This document shows, one piece after another, positions 48,431 through 61,522 of a stretch of DNA of 64,000 nt. Numbering within the stretch: position 1 is the first letter of the stretch; each line of letters starts with the position of its first letter. A program made the translations under genes and the position numbers. The stretch is from Mobula hypostoma (Eukaryota), in the NCBI RefSeq assembly GCF_963921235.1, contig NC_086097.1, positions 13,392,001-13,456,000 on the forward strand, in the 5' to 3' direction. The notes beneath the pieces were generated by a model. It was not told where the DNA came from and did no database searches. It saw only the letters and a program-made list of their open reading frames with translations.

Positions 48431-48529
48431 TTTTTCCCTGATGGCAGCAGCGAGAAGAGGGCATGTCCTGGTTGGTGGGCCAAGTGGACCATGTCCTTCG
48501 TGGACTCAATGACATCATTCAGTGTCATT

Positions 48530-48657
48530 AACACAAGAGATTCTGTAGATGCTGGAAATCTTCAACAACACACAAAAAAAGCTAGAGCAAATCAGAGAGC
48601 ATTTATGGAGGGGAATAAACAGTCGACGTTTTAGGCTGAGACCTTTTATCAGGGCTT
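48530..48657 (-). mobile_element. PLE-derived tail repeat
   Basis: ACACAAGAGATTCTGTAGATGCTGG...CAGTCGACGTTTTAGGCTGAGACCTTTTATCAGG. Confidence 0.7.
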
Positions 48658-49184
48658 CATTGCCATAAGATGCGTTTGATTCATGACAGTTTTAACTAAT
48701 TTTTTGAAGGCTTATGAATTCCTGTATTATTGTTTGTTTCATCATGCAAGTTTTGCCAGTGACACTCTTCCATACATAGAGTTTGATTTGGGCATCTTGC
48801 ACCATATTTCCAGCTTTCACGTCGCAAAGCCCCTGTTTTTTGTAATACACTGTTTATAGTGGTTGTATTCTGAAATTTATTGCGAGTGCACTGTATGGTT
48901 TATAGCTAAACTGTGAAGTTTATGTTATCGTTTACAGTTTGTTGCAGTTGTCCATTTTAATAAATTTTATTGCATTATTAAATGTTTGACTGAGTTGTTT
49001 ATTGGCTGTGCAACAGTATTTACAGAACTGATAATGAGCATCTTATATGTGTCTTTTGCAGCTTATTGTGGCTGTACTACACGGACTATAACAATTCTTC
49101 TAGGTTGAAACACTGCATCCAATATTAACAACACTGCCTATAATACTCCATATTTTCTATCTTGGTTGTACCCTTTATAAGGCC

Positions 49185-49487
49185 ATAAGACTACAAGACG
49201 TAGGAGCAGAATTAGGCTATTTGGCCCGTCAAGTCTGTTCTGCCATCTGTCATGGTTGATTTATTTTCGTTCCCAAACCCTCACTCCCCATAATCTTCGA
49301 TGTCCTGGCTAATCAAGAACTATCACCCTCTGCTTTGAATATATCCAGTGATTTGGCCTCCACAGTTGTCTGTGGCAATGAATTCCACAGATTCACTACC
49401 CTCTGGCTGAGAAAAAAATCCTCCTCATTTCTGTTCTATAGGGACATCCTTGTATTCTGAGGCTGTGTCCTTTGGTTGTAGACTCAA
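49185..49487 (-). mobile_element. CR1 3' end
   Basis: Reverse-complement match to 27625-27900. Confidence 0.75.
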
Positions 49488-50350
49488 CACTGTGTAAACT
49501 ATGAAGGTGGTACTGTGGGAGTTAGGAAGGTTGTACTGTATAGATTATGAAGATTGTACTGTGCGGATTATGACCCTTGTACTGTGTGGAATATGAAGGT
49601 TGTACTGTGTGGAGTATGAAAGTTGTACTGTGTGGATTATGAAGGTTGTACTGTGTAGATTATGAAGGTTGGACTCTGAATTATAAAGGTTGTGCTCTGT
49701 GGATTATGAAGGCTGTACTGTGTGGATTATAAAGGTTGGAATGTGTGGATTATGAAGGTTGTACTGTGTGGATTTTGAAGGCTGTACTGTGTGGAATATG
49801 AAGGTTGTACTTTGTGGATTATGAAGGCTGTACTGTGAAGGTTGGACTCTGTGGATTATGAAGGTTGTACTGTGTAGATTATGAAGATTGGACTGTGTGG
49901 ATTATAAAGGTTGTACTGTGTAGATTATGAAATTGTACTGTGTGGATTTTGAAGGCTGTACTGTGAAGCTTGGACTCTGTGGATTATGAATGTTGAACTA
50001 CATGGATTATGAAGGTTGTACTGTGTAGATTATGAAGGTTGGACTCTGTGGATTATGAAGGTTGTACTCTGTAGATTATGAAGGTTGTACTGTGTGGATT
50101 ACGAAGGTTGTATTGTGTGGATTATGAAGATTATACTGTGTGGATTATAAAGGTTGTACTATGTGGATTTTGAAGGCTGTACTGTGTAGATTATGAAGGC
50201 TGTACTGTGAAGGTTTGACTCTGTGGATTATGAAGGTTGTACTGTGTACATTATGAAGGTTGGACTGTGTGGATTATGAAGGTTGGACTCTAGATTATGA
50301 AGGTTTTACTGTATGGATTATGGAGCTTCTATTTTGTGGATTATGGATAT
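49488..50350. repeat. 23-bp minisatellite
   Basis: Consensus CTGTGTGGATTATGAAGGTTGTA, roughly 35-40 copies, decaying at the right edge. Confidence 0.95.
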
Positions 50351-51084
50351 TGTACTGCATGAATCATGGATCTTGTACTGTTTGGTTTTCTGATGTTGAA
50401 TTTTTCAATTTATGGAGATTGTTCTGCATGGCTTACAAAAGCTATACTGTGTACTTCATAGAGGTTAGACAGGTTTGTTTATAGAAATAATACTATAATT
50501 TATGGACACTATACTGTGTGGTTTATTGAAGCTGTACTATTCTGTTAATATTGGAACTACTGTTTAATTTAGGAGCTTGCACCAAATATTTGATGGAGAT
50601 TGTATATCGCTGTTTATAGAGGTTGTGATATGTACTGTAGGTTCTGAAGGGTGTGGACTATGGATTTTATTCTCTGTTTTACATAGTTTGCACTGTTTAA
50701 TTGTTTGGGTGTTTGTACAGTTCAACTGATTGTTTGTACTTTGCCTTCCATGAAGATATGAGCATATTTATCAAGAACGCTGCATATGCAGGGCTCTTAG
50801 CATTGTCAATGATCCCTCCTATCAGTCCAACAATCTCTTTGACCCCTATCCTCAGACAGGAGGTACCATAGCATTAGAACAAGGACCATTAGAATGGAAA
50901 ACGGTATTTTCCTCAAGGATGTGCAGCTCCTGTACTTCCTGCCACCACCCAGGTCTCATCACGTACAGTATAAAGCGCCAATAGAGTTAACAACAGGAAT
51001 TCTGCAGATGCTGGAAATTCAAGCAACACACATCAAAGTTGCTGGTGAACGCAGCAGGCCGAGCAGCATCTATAGGAAGAGGCG

Positions 51085-51122
51085 CAGTCAACGTTTCAGG
51101 CCGAGACCCTTCGTCAGGACTA
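51085..51122 (-). ncRNA. Minimal hammerhead ribozyme (GUU cleavage triplet variant)
   Basis: Minus strand: TAGTC CTGACGA AGGGTCTCGGCCT GAAA C GTT GACTG. Confidence 0.7.
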
Positions 51123-52341
51123 ACTGAAGGAAGAGTGAGTAAGGGATTTGAAAGCTGGAGGGGGAGGGGGAGATGCAAAATGATAGGAGAAGACAGGAGG
51201 GGGAGGGATAAAGCCGAGAGCTGGACAGGTGATAGGCAAAAGGGGATACGAGAGGATCATGGGACAGGATGTCCGGGAAGAAAGACCGGGGGGGGTGACC
51301 CAGAGGATGGGCAAGAGGTATATTCAGAGGGACAGAGGGAGAAAAAGGAGAGTGAGAGAAAGAATGTGTGCATAAAAATGAGTAACAGATGGGGTACGAG
51401 GGGGAGGTGGGGCCTTAGCGGAAGTTAGAGAAGTCAATGTTCATGCCATCAGGTTGGAGGCTACCCAGACGGAATATAAGGTGTTGTTCCTCCAACCTGA
51501 GTGTGGCTTCATCTTTACAGTAGAGGAGGCCGTGGATAGACATATCAGAATGGGAATGGGATGTGGAATTAAAATGTGTGGCCACTGGGAGATCCTGCTT
51601 TCTCTGGCGGACAGAGCGTAGGTGTTCAGCAAAGCGGTCTCCCAGTCTGCGTCGGGTCTCGCCAATATATAGAAGGCCACATCGGGAGAACCGGACGCAG
51701 TATATCACCCCAGCCGACTCACAGGTGAAGTGTTGCCTCACCTGGAAGGACTGTTTGGGGCCCTGAATGGTGGTAAGGGAGGAAGTGTAAGGGCATGTGT
51801 AGCACTTGTTCTGCTTACACGGATAAGTGCCAGGAGAGAGATCAGTGGGGAGGGATGGGGGGGACGAATGGACAAGGGAGTTGTGTAGGGAGCGATCCCT
51901 GCAGAAAGCAGAGAGGGGGGGGAGGGAAAGATGTGCTTAGTGGTGGGATCCCGTTGGAGGTGGCGGAAGTTACGGAGAATAATATGTTGGACCCGGAGGC
52001 TGGTGGGGTCGTAGGTGAGGACCAGTTGTGAGAACATTTCAATGATAGGCCCCACCTCCCCCTCGTACCCCATCTGTTACTCATTTTTATGCACACATTC
52101 TTTCTCTCACTCTCCTTTTTCTCCCTCTGTCCCTCTGAATATACCTCTTGCCCATCCTCTGGGTCACCCCCCCCCCCCGTCTTTCTTCCCGGACCTCCTG
52201 TCCCATGATCCTCTAGTATCCCTTTTGCCAATCACCTGTCCAGCTCTCGGCTCTATCCCTCCCCCTCCTGTCTTCTCCTATCATTTTGCATCTCCCCCTC
52301 TCCCTCCAGCTTTCAAATCCCTTACTCACTCTTCCTTCAGT

Positions 52342-52379
52342 TAGTCCTGACGAAGGGTCTCGGCCTGAAACGTCGACTG
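52342..52379 (+). ncRNA. Minimal type I hammerhead ribozyme
   Basis: Identical to 45881-45918. Confidence 0.8.
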
Positions 52380-52797
52380 CGCCTCTTCCTATAGATGCTG
52401 CTTGGCCTGCTGCGTTCACCAGCAACTTTGATGTGTGTTGCCAATAGAGTTAGACTATTTACTCTTTAACTTGTGTCATACATGCATCCTAAATATCAAT
52501 CCTATGGAATATGTTTTATTCTTTGTTAAATTATTTGTGGTAATATTACTTTAGGTGTTGTGCGTGTGTTGTGCACCTCGGACAGGTTTGGCGGTATGGT
52601 AGGTTTACTGGTCATTGTAAATGGTCTGGTGATTAGACGAGGGGTGAATTGAGGGTTGCCAGCTGCCGTGGCTGGAAGGACTGCAAAGACCTATTTCATG
52701 CTGTATCACAATAAATAAATAAATGAATAAGAATACGACTGAATGGCATTAAACTTCAGTGGTTTAATGGTTCAATTTAATATCAGAGAAGGTATAT

Positions 52798-53930
52798 TAG
52801 AATCAGAATCAGGTTTATTATCACCGGCATGTGATGTGAAATTTGTTAACTTAGCAGCAGCAGTTCAATGCAATACATAATACAGAAGAAGAAAACCCAC
52901 AACATAAAATAATAATAATAATTAATAAATAAGTAAATCAGTTACTGTATACATATGTTGAATTGATTAAAAATCATGCAAAAAATAGAAATAGTATATT
53001 TAAAAAAACAAGGTAGTGTCCAAAGATTCAATGTCCATTTAGGAATCGGATGGCAGAGGGGAAGAAGCTGTTCCTGAATCACTGAGTGGGTGCCTTCAGG
53101 CTTCTGTACCTCCTACCCGATGGTAACAGTGAGAAAAGGGCATGCCCTGGGTGCTGGGGGTCCTTAATAATTGACGCTGCCTTTCTGAGACACCGCTCCT
53201 TGAAGATGTCCTGGGTACTTTGTAGGCTAGTACCCAAGATGTAACTGACTAGATTTACAACCCTCTGCAGCTTCTTTCAGTCCTGTGCAGTAGCTACTCC
53301 CCCCTCCCCACCCCATACCAGACAGTGATGCAGTCTGTCAGAATGCTCTCCACAGTACATCTATAGAAGTTTTTGAGTGTATTTGTTGACACACCAAATC
53401 TCTTCAAACTCCAAGTCGCTGTCTTGTCTTCTTTTTAACTGCATCGATATGTTGGGACCAGATTAGATCCTCAGAGATCTCAACACCCAGGAACTTGAAA
53501 CTGCTCACTCTCTCCACTTCTGATCCCTCTATGAGGATTGGTATGTGTTCCTTCGTCTTACCCTTCCTGAAGTCCACAATCAGCTCTTTCGTCTTACTGA
53601 CGTTGAGTGCCAGGTTGTTGACTAAATTTACAACCTTCTGCAGCTTCTTTCTGTCTTGTGCAGTAGCCCCTCCATACCAGACAGTGATGCAGCCCGTCAG
53701 AATGCTCTCCATGGTACAACTATAGAAGTTTTTGAGTGTATTTGTTGTCATGTAAAATCTCTTCAAACTTCTCATAATGTATAGCCTCTGTTTTGCCTCC
53801 TTTATAACTACATCGATATGTTGGGACCAGGTTAGATCCTCAGAGATCTCAACACCCAGGAATTTGAAACTGTTCACTGTCTCCACTTCTGATCCCTCTA
53901 TGAGGATTGGTATGTGTTCCTTCGTCTTAG
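52798..53930 (-). mobile_element. Rex1/Babar-like LINE 3' part with internal duplication
   Basis: ORF 53404-53886 contains SFKFLGVEISEDL.WSQHID twice; (GATTCT)n tail at 52798-52812. Confidence 0.85.
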
Positions 53931-55076
53931 CCTAACTGTATACAACTTGAAATCCGTACTCTTCACAGACATCCACAAAACGGAAGAAAAGCCGCAAAGA
54001 ATGAATGACAGAAAAACGTTGGATCCCAAAGCCCCCCTCCCCCTCCCATGCACCAACAGCTGCAAAAGCATCGACCCACCCCCCTCCCCTTCCCCCCACT
54101 TGCTTCCCCATCTTGAACTTGAAGATTGTACAATGTGGATTGCACTGGGTATATGGTGCTATTTGTCAAGCTTGTAGGGTGTTTTGTGAAAGCTTTATTT
54201 TGTAATTAGTTGTAGTTTGATAGACTTTAATTGTTTTTAATGAAATTGTACTACCAAAAAACGTTAATTGTTCTTGGTTGTTGTGGTTCGGGGACCTTTA
54301 CGTTTGCTAGCTGTTAAGCACAGTTGTGTATTGAGGTGATATTGACCAGTTGATACGGTACTCACCCTTATATCATGGTTAGCCCATTCACTTTTTATTA
54401 GATCTGTTTCGTTTTGATGTGGTTCAGCATTCTGGTCACTGTGCCACATGAAAGGCTTGGGATTGAGCAACTTTACATTTTAATAGCAGCGTCACTGAAA
54501 ATAAAATACCGCCGATGCCGGAAATCTGATATAAAACCAGCAAGTGTGTAAAATACTCAGCCTGTCAGGCAGCACTTGCGGAGAGAGAAACAGTATCAGC
54601 TTTCCATTGGAAATGGGGAAAGCTAAACAATTAAACAAAATAGCCGGTATGCTCAAAATCAGAAATGAAAACATAAAATACTCAAAATATTTAGCAGAGA
54701 CAATCGTTGTATTGAATACAATAGTGCCTTTTTCAGTGGTTCAATGGTTCAGTTTAAAATCACAGAATCTATACAGTATGCAACTGGAAATCCTGACACT
54801 TCTCAAACATTCACAAAACAGAATAAGACCCCAAAGAACGAATGACAGGAAACATTAGAACCCCAAGGCCCCTTTCCTGTCTCCAACTCACAAGCAGCGG
54901 CTAAAGCAGCTAAAGCATCAGCCCTCCCCCTTCCCCCATTTGCTCCAGGAAAAGCACCAGTCCCCACCACCCACCATGCAAGCAATAAGAAAGCCCCAGA
55001 GACCAGGAACTAGAGTTCATCAAAAAACTACTGTCCATCCCAACACTTCAACATCTGAAACTGAAACAGGCTCTCC

Positions 55077-55084
<8 letters not shown>

Positions 55085-55107
<23 letters not shown>
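55085..55107. repeat. (CA)n microsatellite
   Basis: About 11 CA units preceded by a CT run. Confidence 0.9.
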
Positions 55108-55204
55108 TCGTGAGGTTGAGAGATATCACTCCTGCAACTTCTGGTTTCGAGAGTCGCTCCAATTAATTCAGTTGACTACTCCTAGCTGAGAGCTCAGTGT
55201 AAAG

Positions 55205-55672
55205 CCCATAATCAGGTTGGAGGAGGCGCCCGTCATATTCCATCTGGGTAGCCTTCAACCTAATGGCATGAACATTGATTTCTCTAACTTTTGGTAACTG
55301 CCCCACCCCCCCTTCACCACTCACTATTCCTGCTTCCCTCTCTCACCTTATCTCCTTACCTACCCGTCACCACCCTCTGATCCTCCTTGCCCTTCCCTTT
55401 CTTCCCTGTCTTCCATCCTGTCCTATCAGATTCCCCTTTCTCCAGCCCTTTATCTCTTTCATCAATCACCTTCCCAGCACGTTACTTCCCCCCCCCACAT
55501 ATCACCTACCGTCTTGTACTTTTTCCTCCCCTCCCCCACCTACTTACTCTAACTTTTCTCCTTCCTTTTCAGTCCTGATGAAGGGTCTCAGCCCAAATAA
55601 TGACTGTTTACTCTTTTCTATTGATGCTACCTGACCTGCTGAGCTCCTCCAGTATCTTGTGTGTGCTGCTTA
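55205..55672 (+). mobile_element. Older PLE 3' end
   Basis: RLEEAPVIFHLGSLQPNGMNIDFSNF followed by a pyrimidine-rich UTR and a decayed hammerhead at 55570-55607. Confidence 0.8.
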
Positions 55673-57164
55673 AAGAGAATCTATCCACCAGTCTTGGTTG
55701 CTGCTTGAGATTTTGAACATATTTCCCCAGTGCACCAGATTAATCTTTGATAATCTGTTTTATCATTCAACAATGTGAGAAAATAAGGAAGATTTGATTG
55801 TTGGTGTTTGTGGGAGCTCACAATGCACAAATTATGTGAAATGTTACCTAAACCACAGCTGCAATGACACTTCAAAAATACTACATTATTTTAAAGTGCT
55901 TTGGAAAATTATGAAAGGCACTATGGAAATGCAAGATTTTTGTTACGTTGTAATGTGCATGTTATAATGTGCACTTAATAATTGTTGAATTTTGTAATTT
56001 ATATTGGTTGTAGCTGTGCTTTTATTGGAAAGTTTATACAAACAGAATCATTTTTTCACACTGTAGTTGTTTTTACGCAATTCAGAATCAGGCTTAATAT
56101 CATTGGCATATATTGTGGAATTTGCTGTTTTGTGGCAGCAGTGCAAAGTTCAAAGTTCAAAGTACATTTATTATCAGAGTGATGATACTTTACACAACCT
56201 TGAGATTTGTTTCCTTACAGGCAGCCACAAAACAAAGAAACTCAAAAGGACCCATTAAAACAAACAAAGATTCTCAAACACCCATTGTGCAGAGAGAAAA
56301 GAAACTAATTGTGCAAACAATAAAGTAAGCAAATAGCACTGAGAAACAAAGTTTATGGAAGTGAGTTATTTGCAGGCTGTAGCCTCAGTTCAGTGCAGAG
56401 ACATCATGGAACAGAGAGCTGAACACGGGCCCATGCTCGCCTCCATACATGAAAATTGAGAAAATCTAGAAATTGCAATAAGAAGTGTATTTGAAAAAAG
56501 GAAATTTAAATTAAATAAGTAGAAATTAAATTAAATAAGTAAAAAGAGGGGGAAAATTGCTGAGGTGGTGTTCATAGGTTCAGTGTTCATTCAGAAATCT
56601 GATGACAGAGGGGTAGCAGCTGTTCCTGAAATGTTGAGTGTGTGCCTTCAAGCTCCTTTATTGAGAAATATGAAGTTTTGCTGTAAATTGTAACATTTTC
56701 ACTCGCTCTACTACGCAGTCGATGTGCTTATGTTGTGCTGTTTGTGGCTGTACTGTATGGTTTATGAAGGGTGTATTTGTTAGCTCAAAGCTAACTTACT
56801 TTCCAGTATATTATACCTATTTAGAATCATATTTTAGTAATTTTAGTAATTTATGGTAGATGCATTGAACAGTTTGGAGCAGTTAAAGAGCATAACAGCC
56901 ATTGGTGGAACTGAGTAGTCGTCTATTGTTTTTTTTATTGCATGGACAATTATAGTGATTGTAAACTGTAATTATTGTGCTTGATAATTTATGGCAATCA
57001 TGATGGGTATCTTTCATCACTCAATAGGTTTTAATTTATTTATTTTTCAGGACCTGGGCTTTACTAACAATGTCAGTATTTATTACCAATTCCCAGTTGC
57101 TGTCGAGAAAACAGTGATGAGCTGCTTTCTTAAGCCATTGCTGTCCTTCTGGTGAAGGCAAGCC

Positions 57165-57502
57165 CACAAGGGGAGAGGTGAAATGCAAGCAGGCATTTTC
57201 CACCGCGGTTGGGTGAGACAATTACTAGAGGTCGTGGGTTAAAGGTGAAAGGTGAGGTGCTTATGGGGAACATGAGCGGGAACATGTTCAGCCAGAGGGT
57301 GGTGAGAGTGTGGAATGAGCTGCCAGCAGAAGTGGTGGATGCAAGTTCAATTTCAGCATTTGAATAAGTGCATGGATGAGAAGGGTTTAGAAGGCTAGAG
57401 TCCAGGTGCAGGTTCATGGGTTGAAGCAGATTGATAGTTCAGTTTGGACTAGATGGGCTGAAGGGCCTGATACTGTGATGTAGAGTTCTATGACCCTATG
57501 AC
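57165..57502 (+). mobile_element. CR1 3' end
   Basis: Homologous to 30900-31230 (FSQRVVRVWNELP). Confidence 0.75.
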
Positions 57503-57859
57503 AAATGTTCTAGAAAGGAGATCCCAGATTTAAATGCAGCTAGAATGATGGAATGACAATGTAGCTCCAAACCAAAATACTGTGTGTCTTTGAGAGAATT
57601 CTGCAGATTATAGTGTGCTGCCCTTCTCCTTGGTGATAGAGTTGTGCAAGTCTGAAAGATGCTAGCAGAGTAGCCTAGTTGAGAAAATACATTTTGCAGA
57701 CAGTCTAGAAGAAAATGAATGTTTATAATGGTGGATAGCATACTGATCAAATGGATTGTTTTACTCTGGATTGTGTTGGGCTTCTTGAGAGGTTTGGCAC
57801 TGTGTTCATCTAGGGCAGTGGTGACTGTGCCAGGAGCCAAGGTCTTTGATTACATATAT

Positions 57860-58097
57860 TTTATTTAGAGACATAGCACGGTAGCAGGCTCTTCTCTCCC
57901 CACAAGTCTACTCTGCCCAATTGTGACCAATGAACCTACTAACCCATAAGCCTTTGAAATGTCGGAGGAAACTGGAGCACCCAGAGGAATCCATGCAGTC
58001 TCAGGAGAAACCTACTAACTCCTCACGGACACTGGTGGAATGGGATTGGATCGCCAGCACTGTAACGGCGTTATGCTAACCACTATGCTACCATGCA
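57860..58097 (-). mobile_element. V-SINE-like element
   Basis: GGAGGAAACTGGAGCACCCAGAGGAA...GCTAACCACTATGCTACC. Confidence 0.7.
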
Positions 58098-58264
58098 ACC
58101 TTGTGGATAGTGCAAAGTGTCAGGAGGTGAATCACTTGCCCAGGGCACTTCCCTTTGACCTGCTTTGGTGCCTGTGGTCTTTATGTGGCTAGTCAAGTTG
58201 AGTATCTCACCAACTGTGACCCCAGTGAGTTGTTGATGGTGTAGGGATTCAGAAACGACCATTG

Positions 58265-58630
58265 TCATTATGTGCCATGTCGTACGATGTCAAGGATCAT
58301 GGTCTATGACCACGATTGTTCTTGGCAAATATTTCTGCAGAAGTAGTTTGCCATTACCTTCTTCTGAGCAGTGTCCTTCAAGCTGGGTGACCCTAGCCAT
58401 TATCAATACTCTTCAGAGATTGTCTGCCTGGTGTCAGTGGCTGCATAACCAGGACTTGTGATATCACCAGCTGCACATACGACCATCCACCTCCTACTCC
58501 CATGGTTCCATATGACCCTGATCAGAGGGGGGGAGGAGCTAAGCAGGTGCTACACTTACCTGAGGGTGATCTACAGGGGGAAGGAGCGCCTTACACCTCC
58601 ATTGATAGAGACGTATCTCCACCCCAACAC
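58265..58630 (-). mobile_element. RTE-tailed SINE-like repeat
   Basis: Homologous to 125-505 and 27125-27520. Confidence 0.65.
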
Positions 58631-59189
58631 TCAGTGGTAATGTCTGTGAATGTCCAGTGTCAGTTGTTAGGAAATACTCACTGCCTAGTGCTTAGATCTT
58701 TAATGAGTGGACCATTTGGTTTTATGCTTTATTCCTCTGAACGTAACAGTCATAATGCAACTGAGTGGTTAGCTAGAGTATTAGAGTATCAAAGAGCCAG
58801 CTACTTAAGGTCGGCCTGGATTTTCAGACTGTGCTTAGAGGGTTCATTTCCCCTCATAACTAGAAGGATATTTAAGGCAATCTGGTAAAATCATCATTGC
58901 TAAGAAAGCTTGCTTTTTTCAGGTTATTGGCCAAAACTGCAGTGGTGGGATTTGAACTTGTGTCTGGACTGTTGGTCTAGTGTAACTGGATTGCTAGCCT
59001 GGTAATTTAACTGCTGGGCCATAACTGTGCTTAGAATTACGATGGATTACAAAAGTATGCACTTGTTCACAGTAATTTCCAGTGCTTGGACTTTGTCGCT
59101 TATTGTTCATTTGTTGTACAATAGACAGCATGCTTATTGACTCGTGGATATATCGAGTACTTGCCCTGAATATATTGTTTAAGGTGCAT

Positions 59190-60455
59190 TATGAGAACAG
59201 AAACAGGCAATTCAGCCGATCAAATCTGTTTCACCATTTGATCGTGGCTGATTTTTTTTTCTTTCAGACCCATTCTCCAGTCTTCTCCCCATAACCTTCA
59301 AACACTCTTCATATGTTAACCCTTTCATTCAGGAATTTTTCTTGCGAACCCCATCCTGCCCCTTTTCCGATGTTGACAAATCCTTTCTTAGATATGGGGT
59401 CCAAAACTGCTTACAGTATTCCAAAAGCAGTCTGACCAATGCCTTATAAAGTCTCAACATTACATCCTTGCTCTTATATTGTAGTCCTCTCAAAATGAAT
59501 GCTAACATTGCATTTGTCTTCCTTACCACTGACTCAACCTACAGATTAACCTTTAGGGAATTCCTGCACTAGGACTCCCAAGTCCTTTTTCATCTCTGAC
59601 TTCTGAATCCACTCCTGTTTAAAAAATAGTCTAAGCCTTTATTTCTTCTAATAAAGTGTATGACCATGCACCTCCCGACACTGTATTACATTTGCCACTT
59701 CTCCTAACCTGTCCAAGTCCTGCAAACTCTCTGCTTCCTCAGCATTACCTGCCCTTCCACCTATTTCCCCATCAATTCTCTCATCCAGATCATTAATATA
59801 TATTTTGAAAAGTAGTGGACTCAACACTGACTTCAGCAGAGTACCTCTAGTCACCGGCAGCCAACCAGAAAAAGCCCCCTTTATTCCCACTCTTTGCCTT
59901 CTACCAGTCAGCCAATTTTTATCCACACTTCCCTGTAATGCCGTCTTACCTTGTTTAGCAGCATCACGTGAAGCACTTTATCAAAGGCATTCTGAAAATC
60001 CAAGTAAACAACATTCACGGACTCACCTTTGTCTATCTTGTCTGTTATTTCTTCAAAGAATTCCAACAGATTTGTCAGGCAAGATTTCCCCTTAGGATTA
60101 CCCCGAAACCTCATCCTTAATAATAGTTTCCAAGTATTGCGAAACCTTGTCATTACTAATAGTTTCCAAGTATTGCAAAACATTGTCCTTAATAATAGAT
60201 TCCAAGCACCCTGAAATTGCATCCTTAATGATAGATTCTGTACCCCAAAATCTTTTCCTTAATAATAGATTTCAAGTACCCCAAAATCTCATTCTTAATA
60301 ATAGATTCCAAGTACCCCAAAATCTCATCCTGACTAATAGATTCCAAGTATCGTGAAACCTCATGCTTAAAAATGTATCTAACATCTTGCCAACCACTGA
60401 AGAAAGGCTAACTGGCCTATAATTTCCTGTCTTTTGCCTCACTCCCTTCTGAAAT
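59190..60455 (-). pseudogene. Degraded CR1 ORF2
   Basis: GNYRPVSLSSVVGKML, KGKSCLTNLLEFFE, VYLDFQNAFDKV and LYKALVR. Confidence 0.85.
60101..60386. repeat. 36-bp minisatellite derived from CR1 ORF2
   Basis: About 8 copies of CCCCAAAATCTCATCCTTAATAATAGATTCCAAGTA. Confidence 0.9.
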
Positions 60456-60974
60456 TTGGTGCCGTTGACTTCAATGGAAGGATATTTCTGGAATGGTATA
60501 CAACATGTACAGGTCATTAGAATGGATTTTTAATGTAATTAACAGAAGAGGAACTGAAATCGTACCCTGATTTTTGTGACATTGGTATCTAGGAGAATCA
60601 TCCTTGTGACCCAAGGGGGTTGCTAGGTGATGCGGTTCAAAGGGCAGAAGGGCATAGTCTGTGCTATACCTCAATAAATAAATAAAAAAGTAAAAAAGAA
60701 AGGAGTGACAATAATGGAACATACAGACATTGTATTGTTTCACTGGTTAGATGCTGCAGTTTGTAACAGTTTCAATGTGTAGCTTCAGATCATTATTCAG
60801 TGCTCTCCATAATAGTTTATAGAGATTATATCAGGTAGCTTATCTTGATAATATTGTGTAGTTTTGATGTAATTGTGCAATTCATGTTTACCTATTTAGA
60901 TTTATTTTAATTCAGAATCAGAATCAGATTATATAAAATTAAATAAAAATGGTAAAAAAAATGAAGTTTCATAA

Positions 60975-61522
60975 GATGTTGGAGTATTCTGAGCAGCTTT
61001 GCGCCTTTTATCTAAGAGAGGATGTGCTGGCATTAGTGAGGGTCCAGAGGAAGTTCTCGAGTACGATTCCGGGAATAGAATAGTTGACGGTGGCTCTGGA
61101 CCTGTACTCGCTGGAGTTTAGATGAATGGGCTGGCGGGGGGGGGGGGGGTGATCTCATTGAAACCTATCAAATATTGAAACGCCTGGACTGATTGAATGC
61201 ATCGAAGGTGTTTCCTATGGTGGAGAATCTAGGACCAGAGGGCGCAGTCTCAGAATAGAGATGAGGAAGAATTTCTTTAGCCAGAAGGTGATGAATCCGT
61301 GGAATTCATTGCAACAAACAGCTGTGGAGTCTCAGTCACTGGGCATACTTAAAGCGGAGATTGATAGGTTCTTTATTTGTCAGGGCATCAAAGGATAGGG
61401 GGAGAAGGCAGGAGAATGTGATGGAGAGGAATAATAAACCAGATATGATGGAATGATAGAATAGACTTGATGGACCTAATGGCCTAACTTTGCTCCTATG
61501 TCCGATAGTATTATGGTCTAAT
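60975..61522 (+). mobile_element. CR1 3' fragment
   Basis: Homologous to 47980-48430. Confidence 0.75.

Larger units (their letters stand above)
50990..52440 (-). mobile_element. Penelope-like element with inverted 3' arm and 13-bp TSD
   Basis: GIY-YIG frame ending at 51415 on the minus strand. Inverted arm 52047-52440. TSD GCCAATAGAGTTA at 50977-50989 and 52440-52452. Confidence 0.93.

Noticed and set aside
49488..50350. CRISPR-like array
   Set aside because: Units are directly adjacent with no unique spacers, there are no cas genes, and the context is eukaryotic.
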